A stretch of 38,793 bases of DNA, taken from the NCBI GenBank assembly GCA_034428975.1, contig DAOUGY010000385.1, positions 1 to 38,793 of the forward strand, given 5' to 3'. The position numbers were made by a program, and so were the translations under genes. The DNA comes from Anaerolineaceae bacterium. GTDB lineage: Bacteria > Chloroflexota > Anaerolineae > Anaerolineales > Anaerolineaceae. Below, piece after piece: positions 24,494-34,015 of this stretch. The first letter of the stretch is position 1. Every line of letters begins with the position of its first letter. The notes beneath the pieces were generated by a model. That model did not search any database and had not been told where the DNA came from. It was given only the letters and a program-made list of their open reading frames with translations.

Positions 24494-26503
24494 TCTCTCG
24501 GGGTTTTCAATCGGTCGCTCGCATGCGAAATTGCGACAAATATATACCGCCGGCTTTTCCGAACAATTGGGTAGGTACGCCGGAGGTCGTTTCTCGTCGG
24601 GAAGCCGGTCGGTGGGGTAGATGGCGATCAGTGCATTGGGCGTGGGTTGAGAAACCAGAAGATTGCGCATAACCATAAAGGTGGAGTCTGTGCTTTTTCC
24701 GGCCAGCACGATGTGAACGGCGCGAGCCGAAAAATCGGCCGCGCAGAGCCATTGAGCGAAGGATGTCGGATATTCCATTGCAACCTGTTGAATGGCCTGA
24801 AGCGATTCTTCGGCAACAGCGCGATAATCATTCCGACCAAGCAATTCGGATAAATAGAGCAGCACAGTGATTGCCAGGCCGCTGCCGCTGGGAACTGCGT
24901 TGTCCTGCAATTCACGCGGACGAAGGAAGAGGGCGGCTGTTGTGTTTGAATCATCATAAAAGCCGTTTTGCGGATGACGGAATTCAGTAAGAATCGTTTC
25001 CATAAGATGTTCGGCGGTTGTTACCCAGTGCCATTGGCCGTCGGCCTGCTGAAGTTGCAGCAGGGCCAATGCCAGACCGGCATAATCTTCCAGAAATGCG
25101 GACTGAACAGCCGTGCCTTCGTGCCATATGCGATACAACCGGTCCGCGCTTGTCATCTCCGCAAGAATGAACCGGGCCGTGGACGCGGCCACTTCCAGGT
25201 AATCAGGGCGGTTGAGCATGCGGCTCGCCCGGGCAAAGGCTGAAATGGCCAGGGCATTCCAGGATGTCAGGATTTTCGTGTCGATGGCCGGGGGCGTGCG
25301 CTGGCGTCGAGCCTGGAGCAAGACGGCACGGAATTGACGGACTTGTGCTGAGCATTCATCGGGGGAGAGGTTGTAGAGAGCGGCCAGTTCTGCCATGGAA
25401 AGCCGTACGCGAGGAATTGAGCGGCCTTCAAAGACGCCGTTCGGCGAAAAACCGTAATAGGAACAGGCCATTTGGAAGGTTCGCTCATCGGGCAGGGCGG
25501 CACGCACTTCATCGTAAGACCAGGTATAGTAATATCCTTCGCCTTGCGGGGTATCGGCATCCAGGCTGGAGTAGAAGCCCCCCGATGGATGGCGCATCTC
25601 GCGCAGCATGAAATCCAGCGTGTCTGTGGCGATGGATTTGTAATCTGGATTTCCAGTGAGGTGAAATGCGCTGGCATAAGCAAGCGCGAGCTGCGCATTG
25701 TCGTATAACATTTTTTCGAAGTGCGGAACCAGCCAGTCATCGTCCACGCTGTAGCGATGGAATCCTCCACCGATGCGGTCCGCCATTCCGCCTTTCATCA
25801 TTTGATCCAGGTTATGCGTCACCAGCGGTAAATTCCCGGCAGAGCGCGGTTGATCCAGGAGAAATAGCAGGGACATGGGCTGGGGAAATTTCGGGGCCGT
25901 GCCCCAGCCGCCATGAGTCCAATCGTAATCTGAGGCCAGGCGGTTCAGGGCGATATTGACAAGCCGCATCGGGTCCAGGGCCGCTGTTGCGCGATCCATT
26001 TGAAGGGATTGGGAGAGATGATCGACAATATTGGTTGTGAGGATTTGAGCAGCTTCCGGTTTGTCTTTCCAATAGTGGTACACCCCCGATAACACATCCA
26101 TAAACGCGGGCATGCCGTGACGTGGTTCTGGCGGAAAATAGGTGCCACCATAAAAAGGCAAACCTTGGGGGGTTAGAAAGACGGACAAGGGCCAGCCGCC
26201 ATGCCCTGTCAGTGCGGTGACGGCGTGCATGTAGAGGCTGTCAATATCCGGACGTTCCTCACGATCCACTTTGATGCTCACAAAATGGGCATTGAGAAAA
26301 TCGGCAATGCGCGGATCCTCAAAAGACTCATGTGCCATCACGTGGCACCAGTGGCAGGCAGCGTAGCCAATACTTAAGAATATGGGCTTGTTTTCTGCTT
26401 GAGCAAGATCCAATACCTGCTGTGACCAGGGGAACCAGTTCACCGGGTTGTTGGCATGTTGACGTAGATAAGGTGAATGTTCGGAACCGAGCCGGTTGGG
26501 CAT
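24464..26503 (-). CDS. Thioredoxin-domain (DUF255/YyaL, SSP411-like) protein with six-hairpin glycosidase-like C-terminal domain
   Basis: The N-terminus [17 protein letters not shown]...[16 protein letters not shown] is the DUF255 thioredoxin-like signature. Start moved to ATG 26503 ([13 protein letters not shown]). Confidence 0.85.
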   Translation of the reverse strand: MPNRLGSEHSPYLRQHANNPVNWFPWSQQVLDLAQAENKPIFLSIGYAACHWCHVMAHESFEDPRIADFLNAHFVSIKVDREERPDIDSLYMHAVTALTGHGGWPLSVFLTPQGLPFYGGTYFPPEPRHGMPAFMDVLSGVYHYWKDKPEAAQILTTNIVDHLSQSLQMDRATAALDPMRLVNIALNRLASDYDWTHGGWGTAPKFPQPMSLLFLLDQPRSAGNLPLVTHNLDQMMKGGMADRIGGGFHRYSVDDDWLVPHFEKMLYDNAQLALAYASAFHLTGNPDYKSIATDTLDFMLREMRHPSGGFYSSLDADTPQGEGYYYTWSYDEVRAALPDERTFQMACSYYGFSPNGVFEGRSIPRVRLSMAELAALYNLSPDECSAQVRQFRAVLLQARRQRTPPAIDTKILTSWNALAISAFARASRMLNRPDYLEVAASTARFILAEMTSADRLYRIWHEGTAVQSAFLEDYAGLALALLQLQQADGQWHWVTTAEHLMETILTEFRHPQNGFYDDSNTTAALFLRPRELQDNAVPSGSGLAITVLLYLSELLGRNDYRAVAEESLQAIQQVAMEYPTSFAQWLCAADFSARAVHIVLAGKSTDSTFMVMRNLLVSQPTPNALIAIYPTDRLPDEKRPPAYLPNCSEKPAVYICRNFACERPIENPERLIQALQEMK

Positions 26504-26679
26504 AAGCACCTCAGCGCAAAGAATTGGACGGTATTTAAATATTTTACCATTTGGGTAGAAAAAATGCACAATCAAAAAATGCGCATAGCCATATCCATTT
26601 CCGATTTATTATGTGGATTGACGAACAAGATGGGGATGAACATCCTTCTATCCCTATGCTCGCCCATGTAAAATTAACC

Positions 26680-28563
26680 ATGCAATCCAATCCAACATTA
26701 CGGACGGTTCTTTCAATGATTTCCCGATACAGTTGCTGTCTTTGGGTGGGTATTGCCGTGCTGCTTGCGGCCTGTACAACGTCGCCGGATACAGGCAATC
26801 CGACTAAGGCAGTTGATTTATCCCCTGTCGCGGTGCAGACTGATTCCGCACCCGGACCGATGATTCATGACATCCAGGGTGCCGGGCATGTTTCTCCTTA
26901 TCGCGGGCGCATGGTAGAAAACGTGATAGGACTTGTTACGAATCGGACCGGCAGCGGTTTTTATATGGAATCGGAAAACGATGACGGAAATCCGGCCACC
27001 TCTGAGGGAATATTTGTGTTTACCAATCGTTTACCGGAAGCCCAGGCCGGGGACCTTGTTCGGGTGAAAGGGGTGGTGGAAGAATTTACGCCAGGTGGAA
27101 GCGCGACTGCCAATCTTTCGGTCACGCAAATTCGCGCAAGCGACGTGGATGTTATTGCCTCTGGCGTGGCACTGCCGCCTCCAACCCGAATTGGGACAGG
27201 AGGGCGCATACCGCCCACTCAGATTATCGATGATGATGGTTTGAAGACGTTTGATGTTGACCTGGATGGGATCGATTTCTATGAGAGCCTGGAAGGAATG
27301 CGCGTGCAAATCGACCAGGCAATCGCCGCAGGACCCAGTAATGAATACAAAGAAATTGCGGTGCTGGCGGACGAAGGGGCGGGCGCGGCGCTACGAACCC
27401 CGCGGGGTGGGATTGTTCTTCGAGAAAACGATGCCAACCCGGAGCGCATTCTTTTGGATGACGGGTTGAAACCTTTACCAGATATCACAACCGGAGATCG
27501 GTTTGTGGCACCGATCATTGGCGTGGTGGATTATTCTTACGGCAATTACAAGGTGCAGGTGACTTCGCGGTTGGACATCCGACCCGCGAAGCTGGCTCAA
27601 GAGCGGGCAGAACCCGCCAAAGTGGGGGATTTGACAGTCGTTACCTATAACGTTGAGAACCTAGATGCACGCGATGCACAGAAACGATTTGACACTTTTG
27701 CCCGGCATATTGTCGTTAATCTACAATCCCCCGACTTGTTGATCTTGGAGGAGGTTCAGGATAACAGCGGGCCGCAGAATGATCGCGTTGTTGACGCCGA
27801 TGAAACCTACAGCAGGATTGTCGATGCGGTTTTGGCCGCAGGCGGACCGCAATACCAGTTCCGTGACATTGCGCCCTTTGATGGCCTGGACGGTGGCGAA
27901 GAAGGGGGGAATATCCGGGTTGGCTTTTTATTCCGCACCGATCGGGGACTGTCTTTCAGGGATGTGTCGGGCGGCGATGCGAGGACAGGTGTGGACATCG
28001 TGACCCGGGGAGGAAAGGTGACTTTGAGCGTGAATCCGGGGCGTTTGGCTCCGATGAAAGCCGCGTTCAATGAAAGTCGAAAACCATTGGTCGGCGAATT
28101 TGAGTTTCACGGGCAGACGATTTTTGTGATCGGGAATCATTTCAATTCAAAGGGCGGCGACACACCTTTGTATGGTAACCGGCAGCCGCCTGGTCGGAGC
28201 AGCGAAGAACAACGCACGGCTCAAGCCGGACTTGTCCACGATTTCGTGCAACAATTGCTTGAGCAAGATCCCCAGTCCCTGGTACTCCTGGCAGGCGACT
28301 TGAATGATTTTCAGTGGTCGGCGGCAGTGAAAACGTTGAAGGGTGATATCCTGAACGATCTGCTGCTGGAGTTGCCTGAAGCGGAGCAGTATTCCTATAC
28401 CTTCGAGGGGAATGCCCAGGCGTTGGATCATCTTCTGGTCAGCCCGGCATTGCAGGTGCGCTTGACACGGGTGGATATTGTGCATCTCAACGCGGAGTAT
28501 GCCGATAACCTTCGCTTTTCGGACCATGATCCGGTGCTCGCCCGTTTCCACTTTGGAGAATAG
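26680..28563 (+). CDS. ExeM/NucH-type extracellular nuclease lipoprotein (OB-like N-domain plus endonuclease/exonuclease/phosphatase domain)
   Basis: Signal peptide with lipobox VLLAAC. IHDIQGAGHVSPY...GFYMES...SEGIFVF is typical of the ExeM/NucH N-terminal module. The EEP domain shows LTVVTYNVENL, LILEEVQD, GNHFNSK, GDLND and SDHDP. The start is ambiguous between ATG 26680 and 26719. Confidence 0.8.
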   Translation: MQSNPTLRTVLSMISRYSCCLWVGIAVLLAACTTSPDTGNPTKAVDLSPVAVQTDSAPGPMIHDIQGAGHVSPYRGRMVENVIGLVTNRTGSGFYMESENDDGNPATSEGIFVFTNRLPEAQAGDLVRVKGVVEEFTPGGSATANLSVTQIRASDVDVIASGVALPPPTRIGTGGRIPPTQIIDDDGLKTFDVDLDGIDFYESLEGMRVQIDQAIAAGPSNEYKEIAVLADEGAGAALRTPRGGIVLRENDANPERILLDDGLKPLPDITTGDRFVAPIIGVVDYSYGNYKVQVTSRLDIRPAKLAQERAEPAKVGDLTVVTYNVENLDARDAQKRFDTFARHIVVNLQSPDLLILEEVQDNSGPQNDRVVDADETYSRIVDAVLAAGGPQYQFRDIAPFDGLDGGEEGGNIRVGFLFRTDRGLSFRDVSGGDARTGVDIVTRGGKVTLSVNPGRLAPMKAAFNESRKPLVGEFEFHGQTIFVIGNHFNSKGGDTPLYGNRQPPGRSSEEQRTAQAGLVHDFVQQLLEQDPQSLVLLAGDLNDFQWSAAVKTLKGDILNDLLLELPEAEQYSYTFEGNAQALDHLLVSPALQVRLTRVDIVHLNAEYADNLRFSDHDPVLARFHFGE

Positions 28564-28618
28564 GGAAAAATTCATAACAAGTCATTAACTTTGTCCGGTT
28601 TTTCTCCAGGATGATTTC

Positions 28619-29845
28619 ATGTACAATAAAGTGGCAATTGATCACAGAGGTGGAATAGGAACGGAAGAATTGACTGACGTAGCACATCCTACCCCCGCAC
28701 GATCCGACCATCGAAAACCGTTTCTCACTCGTCAACGGCTGACGGAAAACCTGACTGGCTACCTGTTCATATTCCCAGCCGTGCTGGTGATCGGTTTGTT
28801 TGGATTGTTCCCAATTGGTTATGCCATTTACATGAGTCTGTTCAACTGGCGTGTCACCAAGGGGCGGTTCACCGGGTTGGCGAATTACGAGAAAGCCATT
28901 GGTGATATCTGGGGACTGCTGCTGTTTTTGCTGGGGATCGCATTGCTGGTGGTCGCCTACAAGTTGTGGACCGCCGGCTTGAATTCGACCAGCAAGTGGA
29001 AAATTGCTTCGCGTATTGGCATTGCCATTGTACTGGTGGTTTTTGGGGTTGTGCTATCCACCGGTTGGGGAATGATGCTGGCCAAGGGCGACAAGGCGTT
29101 CCTCAACTCTCTGATTGTGACATTCTATTATGCCTTTGGCACGGTACCGCTGCAATTGGCGCTGGCGTTGGTATTGGCCTATGTGCTGTTTCAGAAGATT
29201 CGGGGGAAAGAATTTTTCCGGATGATTTATTTCCTACCGTATGTCACACCCATTGTGACTACGGCGGTCATTTTTCGGATCATGTTCAGCCCTCGTGAAA
29301 CATCGCTGGCCAATCAGTTTCTAAATCTTCTCACCGTCAGCCCACAAAAATGGTTGTTTGAGCCACGCCCTGTGATGAATTTGCTGACGGGGACCAACCT
29401 GGAAGGATTTTGGGCCGGCCCCAGCCTGGCATTGGTGACCATCATTCTGTACGGTGTGTGGACCTTTGTGGGGTACAACACAGTTATTTTCCTGGCCGGC
29501 CTGGGATCGATTTCAAAAGAATTGTACGAAGCGGCGCAAATTGACGGGGCGGACGACTTCGGCCTGTTCCGGCATATTACCATTCCGCTGCTCTCGCCGG
29601 TCACTTTTTACCTGTTCCTGGTGTCGTTCATTGGCACATTCAAGGCTTTCAATCACCTGTTTGTGATGCAGGTGCCTTCCGCCCAGAATACGGTGGCGAC
29701 CACCAGTGTGCAAATCTTCAATGTGTTTTACAAGGCGAACAACTACGGATATGCTGCGGCAGAATCCATACTTTTGTTCCTCGTTATTATTGGCTTGACG
29801 GTGGCCCAAAACAAACTCTTCGCCACGAAGGTGTTTTATGGCTAA
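28619..29845 (+). CDS. ABC transporter permease (CUT1 sugar family, MalF-like)
   Basis: Multi-TM protein with an EAA-type loop LYEAAQIDGADDFGLFRHITIPLL. The N-terminal 35 residues are unusual, so the start is uncertain. Confidence 0.85.
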   Translation: MYNKVAIDHRGGIGTEELTDVAHPTPARSDHRKPFLTRQRLTENLTGYLFIFPAVLVIGLFGLFPIGYAIYMSLFNWRVTKGRFTGLANYEKAIGDIWGLLLFLLGIALLVVAYKLWTAGLNSTSKWKIASRIGIAIVLVVFGVVLSTGWGMMLAKGDKAFLNSLIVTFYYAFGTVPLQLALALVLAYVLFQKIRGKEFFRMIYFLPYVTPIVTTAVIFRIMFSPRETSLANQFLNLLTVSPQKWLFEPRPVMNLLTGTNLEGFWAGPSLALVTIILYGVWTFVGYNTVIFLAGLGSISKELYEAAQIDGADDFGLFRHITIPLLSPVTFYLFLVSFIGTFKAFNHLFVMQVPSAQNTVATTSVQIFNVFYKANNYGYAAAESILLFLVIIGLTVAQNKLFATKVFYG

Positions 29846-30704
29846 TATCCAGCGCGCTTCCCGGCAAGGCCGATTTCGCTTCTCTCGCCTGTTTCTCTAC
29901 CTGATCCTGATAGCCGGTGCATTGTTGGCGATTCTCCCGTTTTTCTGGATGGCCTCCACCTCGTTCATGTCATTGGGCGAGACGATCAACCGGCAATGGC
30001 TGCCATCCGCACTGCGCTTTGAAAATTATGTAGAGGCCTGGAATCAGGCAAAGTTCAGCAAGTATTTTCTCAACAGTGTGATCATTACCCTGACCACAGT
30101 GGCTGGTTTGCTGTTCACATCGATTCTGGCCGGGTATGCGTTCGGGCGGATTAAGTTCTGGGGCAAGGACGTGATCTTCGCCATTTTGCTGGCAACTATG
30201 ATGATTCCGGAAACGGTGACATTGCTGCCAAACATGTTGATGATTCGTGGCGCCATCATACCGCTGCCAGGTGGTACGTGGTTAAACACCTTGCAAGCCC
30301 TGACTGTGCCATTTATGGCGAACGCTTTTTCTATATTCCTGCTCCGGCAGTTCTTCGCCCAGATCCCGAATGAGCTTTGGGATGCAGCTCGCATGGATGG
30401 GGCAGGGCATGTGCGATTCTTACTACAGATTTGCCTGCCGATCAGCAAAGCGCCGGTGATGACGGTGTTCCTGTTCGCTTTTACCGGAGCGTGGAACGCC
30501 TTCGCCTGGCCGTTGCTGGTGACGACGCGCGAAAACTGGCGACCGTTGATGGTGGGGCTGTGGACGTTTGTCACCGAGGCCGGACCGGAAACCCATTTGC
30601 TGATGGCCGGCGCGATGATATCCCTGATTCCAATCCTGATTGTGTATTTCCTGACGCAAAAGCAATTCACCGAAGGCATTGCCACAACCGGATTGAAAGG
30701 ATAG
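29838..30704 (+). CDS. ABC transporter permease (CUT1 sugar family, MalG-like)
   Basis: EAA loop LWDAARMDGAGHVRFLLQICLPISKA and six predicted TM segments. It overlaps the upstream permease by 8 nt. Confidence 0.88.
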   Translation: MANIQRASRQGRFRFSRLFLYLILIAGALLAILPFFWMASTSFMSLGETINRQWLPSALRFENYVEAWNQAKFSKYFLNSVIITLTTVAGLLFTSILAGYAFGRIKFWGKDVIFAILLATMMIPETVTLLPNMLMIRGAIIPLPGGTWLNTLQALTVPFMANAFSIFLLRQFFAQIPNELWDAARMDGAGHVRFLLQICLPISKAPVMTVFLFAFTGAWNAFAWPLLVTTRENWRPLMVGLWTFVTEAGPETHLLMAGAMISLIPILIVYFLTQKQFTEGIATTGLKG

Positions 30705-30769
30705 TATACTTAACTGTGGGTTAACGGAGCGCGGCTCCGATTGTCCAAACCATTTTGTGGAGGAAAAAA

Positions 30770-32212
30770 ATGAAGAAGAATCTCTTTAGCCTGATGGCTG
30801 TGATTCTGGCTGCCGTGATGGTACTCTCGGCTTGCCAGACGCCGGCCGCTGCGCCGACGGAAGCGCCGGCGACCGAAGCACCTGCGGCCCCTGCCGCTAC
30901 CGAGGCGCCGACCGAGGTGGCTGCAACGGAAGCTCCCACGGAAGCGGCCCCGGCCGACGAGTGGGCTGCTGTGGATCCGACGGGCGTGCAGATTGTGTTC
31001 TGGCATAATCACACCAAGGCTCGTGAAGAAGCCCTGAAGGCGATCGTCGATGAATTCAACACGACGAATCCCTACAAAATCACGGTGACCGCGGAATACG
31101 GCGGCTCGTACGGCGACATCTTCAACAAGATGCTGCCGATCCTAAATACGCCGGATGTCCCGGATCTGGTTGTGGCGTATCAGAACCAGGCGGCGACCTA
31201 TCAGCTGTCTGGTGCGCTGCTGGACATGAACAGCCTGGTTGCGAGCCCGAAATACGGTTTGACGGCTGAAGAGCAGGCCGATTTCTTCCCCGGCTTCTTT
31301 GCTCAGGATGTCTTCCCGAACTTCGAAAACGCCCGCCTGGGCTTCCCGCCCAACCGTTCGATGGAAGTGCTGTACTACAACATCGACTGGCTGAAGGAAT
31401 TGGGCTTCGAAAGCGCCCCCACCACGCCTGAACAGTTCAAGGAAGCGGCCTGCAAGGCTTCTACCACACCGTTCAGCAAGGCGACGGTTGCCAATACCGG
31501 CATTGGTTATGAACTGAGCGTGGATGCCTCTCGCTTCGCGAGCTGGACCTTTGCGTTTGGTGGTGATGTGTACGACTCGGCTACGGCCCAGTTTACCTAC
31601 AACAGCGACGCTGCGGTGGCTGCGATGACCTTCCTGCAGGATCTGTTCAAGAACGGCTGCGCGAAGCTGGTGACGGAAAACTACGGTGACCAGACCGACT
31701 TCGGCAACGGCACGCTGCTGTTTGCTGTGGGTTCCTCCTCGGGCTTGCCGTTCTATGGCTCGGCGGCCGCTGAAGGCGCCAAACACGCCTGGTCTGTTGC
31801 GGCGATCCCGCACACCACCGCGGATCCCAAGATGAACGTGTACGGCGCGAGCGTTTCGATCCCGAAGAGCACGCCCGAGCGCGAACTGGCCGCCTGGCTG
31901 TTCCTCAAGTACTACACCAGCCCCGAAGTACAGGCCAAATGGGCGGAGGTTTCTCAGTACTTCCCGGTGCGCGCGAGCGTGGCGGATGGTCTGAAGGATT
32001 ACTTCGCTGCTGAACCTGCCTACAAGACGGCGTTCGATCTGCTGGCCTACTCCGCCTTCGAACCGCCGGTTCCTGGCTACGACTTTGTTCGCGAAGAAGT
32101 GAACAAGGCGATGGCTGCGATTGTCGACGGCGCGGATGTCAAAACCACGCTGGATGAACTGAATACACTGGCGAACCAGATTCTGGCCGACCAGATGGCT
32201 CAGATGAAGTAA
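30770..32212 (+). CDS. ABC transporter extracellular solute-binding lipoprotein (family 1)
   Basis: Signal peptide with lipobox VLSAC, a TEAP-rich linker, then an SBP_bac_1-like body (VFWHNHT...VVAYQNQ...). ATG 30770 follows ggagg. Confidence 0.85.
   Translation: MKKNLFSLMAVILAAVMVLSACQTPAAAPTEAPATEAPAAPAATEAPTEVAATEAPTEAAPADEWAAVDPTGVQIVFWHNHTKAREEALKAIVDEFNTTNPYKITVTAEYGGSYGDIFNKMLPILNTPDVPDLVVAYQNQAATYQLSGALLDMNSLVASPKYGLTAEEQADFFPGFFAQDVFPNFENARLGFPPNRSMEVLYYNIDWLKELGFESAPTTPEQFKEAACKASTTPFSKATVANTGIGYELSVDASRFASWTFAFGGDVYDSATAQFTYNSDAAVAAMTFLQDLFKNGCAKLVTENYGDQTDFGNGTLLFAVGSSSGLPFYGSAAAEGAKHAWSVAAIPHTTADPKMNVYGASVSIPKSTPERELAAWLFLKYYTSPEVQAKWAEVSQYFPVRASVADGLKDYFAAEPAYKTAFDLLAYSAFEPPVPGYDFVREEVNKAMAAIVDGADVKTTLDELNTLANQILADQMAQMK
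30853..30948 (+). repeat. Imperfect tandem 12-nt (Thr-Glu-Ala-Pro) low-complexity repeat inside the binding-protein linker
   Basis: It translates as PTEAPATEAPAAPAATEAPTEVAATEAPTEAAP. This region also generates the spurious Arg/Gly-rich antisense ORFs 30710-31012 and 30721-30939. Confidence 0.5.
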
Positions 32213-32235
32213 GTTGGTGACCTAAGCAAGCAAAA

Positions 32236-32268
32236 TACAGGGATGAGGCAACTCATCCCTGTATTTTT
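32236..32268 (+). terminator. Rho-independent terminator after the ABC transporter operon
   Basis: 12-bp perfect stem tacagggatgag (32236-32247) / ctcatccctgta (32252-32263) with a GCAA loop, followed by ttttt. Confidence 0.78.
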
Positions 32269-32328
32269 ATCTCGATTAATGGGCGTAGCCAATAACACTC
32301 AATTTATTTTACAAAAAGTTCAACATTC

Positions 32329-33843
32329 TTATGCTCCTGCCAATACAGCCGAATTCCTGGATGCTGCTATGAAGTGCTGCTCGCTGACCCGGCGAAAATG
32401 ATAACCATAAATGGACAGGGTAATCGCCATGGGGAAGAGATCCGGGCGATTGCGCAAAGACCAGAAGAATAGATCCCAGTACTGCCGGCGCTCTTTGCCC
32501 AAAATGCCAAGGCGAATTATCGAACGAAAGAAAGCCAGAATTTCACGCAGCTCGAGATGGACGGATGCTCGCGCCGGTTGAAATTCCAACAAGAACGTCT
32601 TAATGCGCTCATAAAAATACTCCGGAGAGTAAATTCGCTTCAAAATGCTCAGATAACCGGTGCGTAATTGGTTGGCTTCCATTTTGGGGATGATATTGGT
32701 TGAACCGTCGGCGTTGTCGCCAGACATTTCGGTAAGCAAGCGATTCTCTTTGGCCATGCGCTGGTACAGACGGGTGCCAAACGGAGCCTGCAGGAGACCC
32801 ACCATGGCAGTGACAATCCCGCTGTTTTGTATGAAATCCACCTGGCGATCGAAGATTTTTTCGGTATCGCTGTCAAAGCCAACGATGAAACCTGCCATAA
32901 CCTGCAGCCCGGCGCGCTGCAACTTTTTTACGCTGGCAATCAAATCGCGCTTGATATTTTGCTTCTTATTGCACTCGATGAGAGATTCTTCGTCGGGGGT
33001 CTCGATGCCAACAAAGATGGAAGTGAATCCGGCCTGGACCATTTGCGTGACCAGGTCATCGTCGTCGGCCAGGTTGATCGATACTTCTGTCAAGAAAAGG
33101 CACCCAATTTTGTCTTTTCGCCATTCGATCAAAGCCGGAAGGACTTCTGTCTTCAGGACTCTTTTATTGCCAATAAAGTTATCGTCCACCAGGAAGATAT
33201 TGCGCCGCCAACCGGCGTTGTACAGGCTGTCCAGTTCGGCGATGAGCTGAGTGGCGGTTTTGACCCGCGGAAGATGGCCAAACAGAGCGGTGATATTGCA
33301 GAACTCGCAATCAAACGGGCAGCCACGCGAGAATTGCACCGCCATCGAGTCGTAATGCTTCATATCCAATAAATCCCAGCGGGGAATTGGGGTTTGGGTG
33401 ATGTCGGGAAATTCAGTGGATTGATACAAACGGTGGGGGTGGCCAGCCTGCAGGTCTGACAGGAACCGGGGCAGGGTAATTTCGGCCTCATTCAGAACAA
33501 AGTGATCGACGCCCGGAAACGAATCATATTCTCCAGTGAAAAGCGGCCCGCCGGCGACTACCGGCAAGTTGACTGCCTTGACGCGTTTGATCAATTTGTG
33601 AGTCGAGTCGCGCTGAACATCCATGGCACTGATGAAAACCATTTCCGCCCAGCGAAGATCCGAGGGGCGTAGCGTGGTAACGTTCAGGTCGATCAGACGC
33701 AACTCCCAATCGGCAGGCAGCATGGCAGCGACAGTCAACAAGCCGAGTGGAGGATTGGTGCCGCGTTTGCTGACAAAGCGCACGGCGTGCTTGAAGCTCC
33801 AAAATGTATCGGGAAATTCAGGGTAAAGCATGAGAACACGCAT
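32329..33843 (-). CDS. B12-binding-domain radical SAM protein (class B, DUF4070-type C-terminus)
   Basis: N-terminal cobalamin-binding Rossmann-like region (MRVLMLYPEFP...PLGLLTVAAML) and a radical SAM cluster motif SRGCPFDCEFCNI (CxxxCxxC). ATG 33843 lies 8 nt after gaggtg. Confidence 0.85.
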   Translation of the reverse strand: MRVLMLYPEFPDTFWSFKHAVRFVSKRGTNPPLGLLTVAAMLPADWELRLIDLNVTTLRPSDLRWAEMVFISAMDVQRDSTHKLIKRVKAVNLPVVAGGPLFTGEYDSFPGVDHFVLNEAEITLPRFLSDLQAGHPHRLYQSTEFPDITQTPIPRWDLLDMKHYDSMAVQFSRGCPFDCEFCNITALFGHLPRVKTATQLIAELDSLYNAGWRRNIFLVDDNFIGNKRVLKTEVLPALIEWRKDKIGCLFLTEVSINLADDDDLVTQMVQAGFTSIFVGIETPDEESLIECNKKQNIKRDLIASVKKLQRAGLQVMAGFIVGFDSDTEKIFDRQVDFIQNSGIVTAMVGLLQAPFGTRLYQRMAKENRLLTEMSGDNADGSTNIIPKMEANQLRTGYLSILKRIYSPEYFYERIKTFLLEFQPARASVHLELREILAFFRSIIRLGILGKERRQYWDLFFWSLRNRPDLFPMAITLSIYGYHFRRVSEQHFIAASRNSAVLAGA

Positions 33844-33981
33844 GATTTGCACACCTCGAGGTTAAGTTGTCCTGCTGCCTTCAGTGTATCGATGGGATGT
33901 CGGTTGGAGATGTGAAGCAAGTCACTTTGCGGCGCACAAGCCGGCGGGCTGTTTGTGAATGGGGATGTGACTTGTTTGGGA

Positions 33982-34009
33982 TTGAGCGTGACCCGGCCAA
34001 TGCTATAAT
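33982..34009 (+). promoter_or_regulatory. Extended -10 promoter abutting the histidine-kinase start codon
   Basis: TTGAGC (33982-33987), a 16-nt spacer, then TGcTATAAT (34001-34009). The ATG at 34016 is 7 nt after the -10 hexamer and no SD lies in between. Confidence 0.45.
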
Positions 34010-34015
34010 GGGCGC

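Noticed and set aside
30710-31012. Arg/Gly-rich minus-strand ORFs (30710-31012 and 30721-30939) that look like a repetitive basic protein.
   Set aside because: They are the mirror image of the TEAP low-complexity linker of the solute-binding lipoprotein on the plus strand and have no independent signals.
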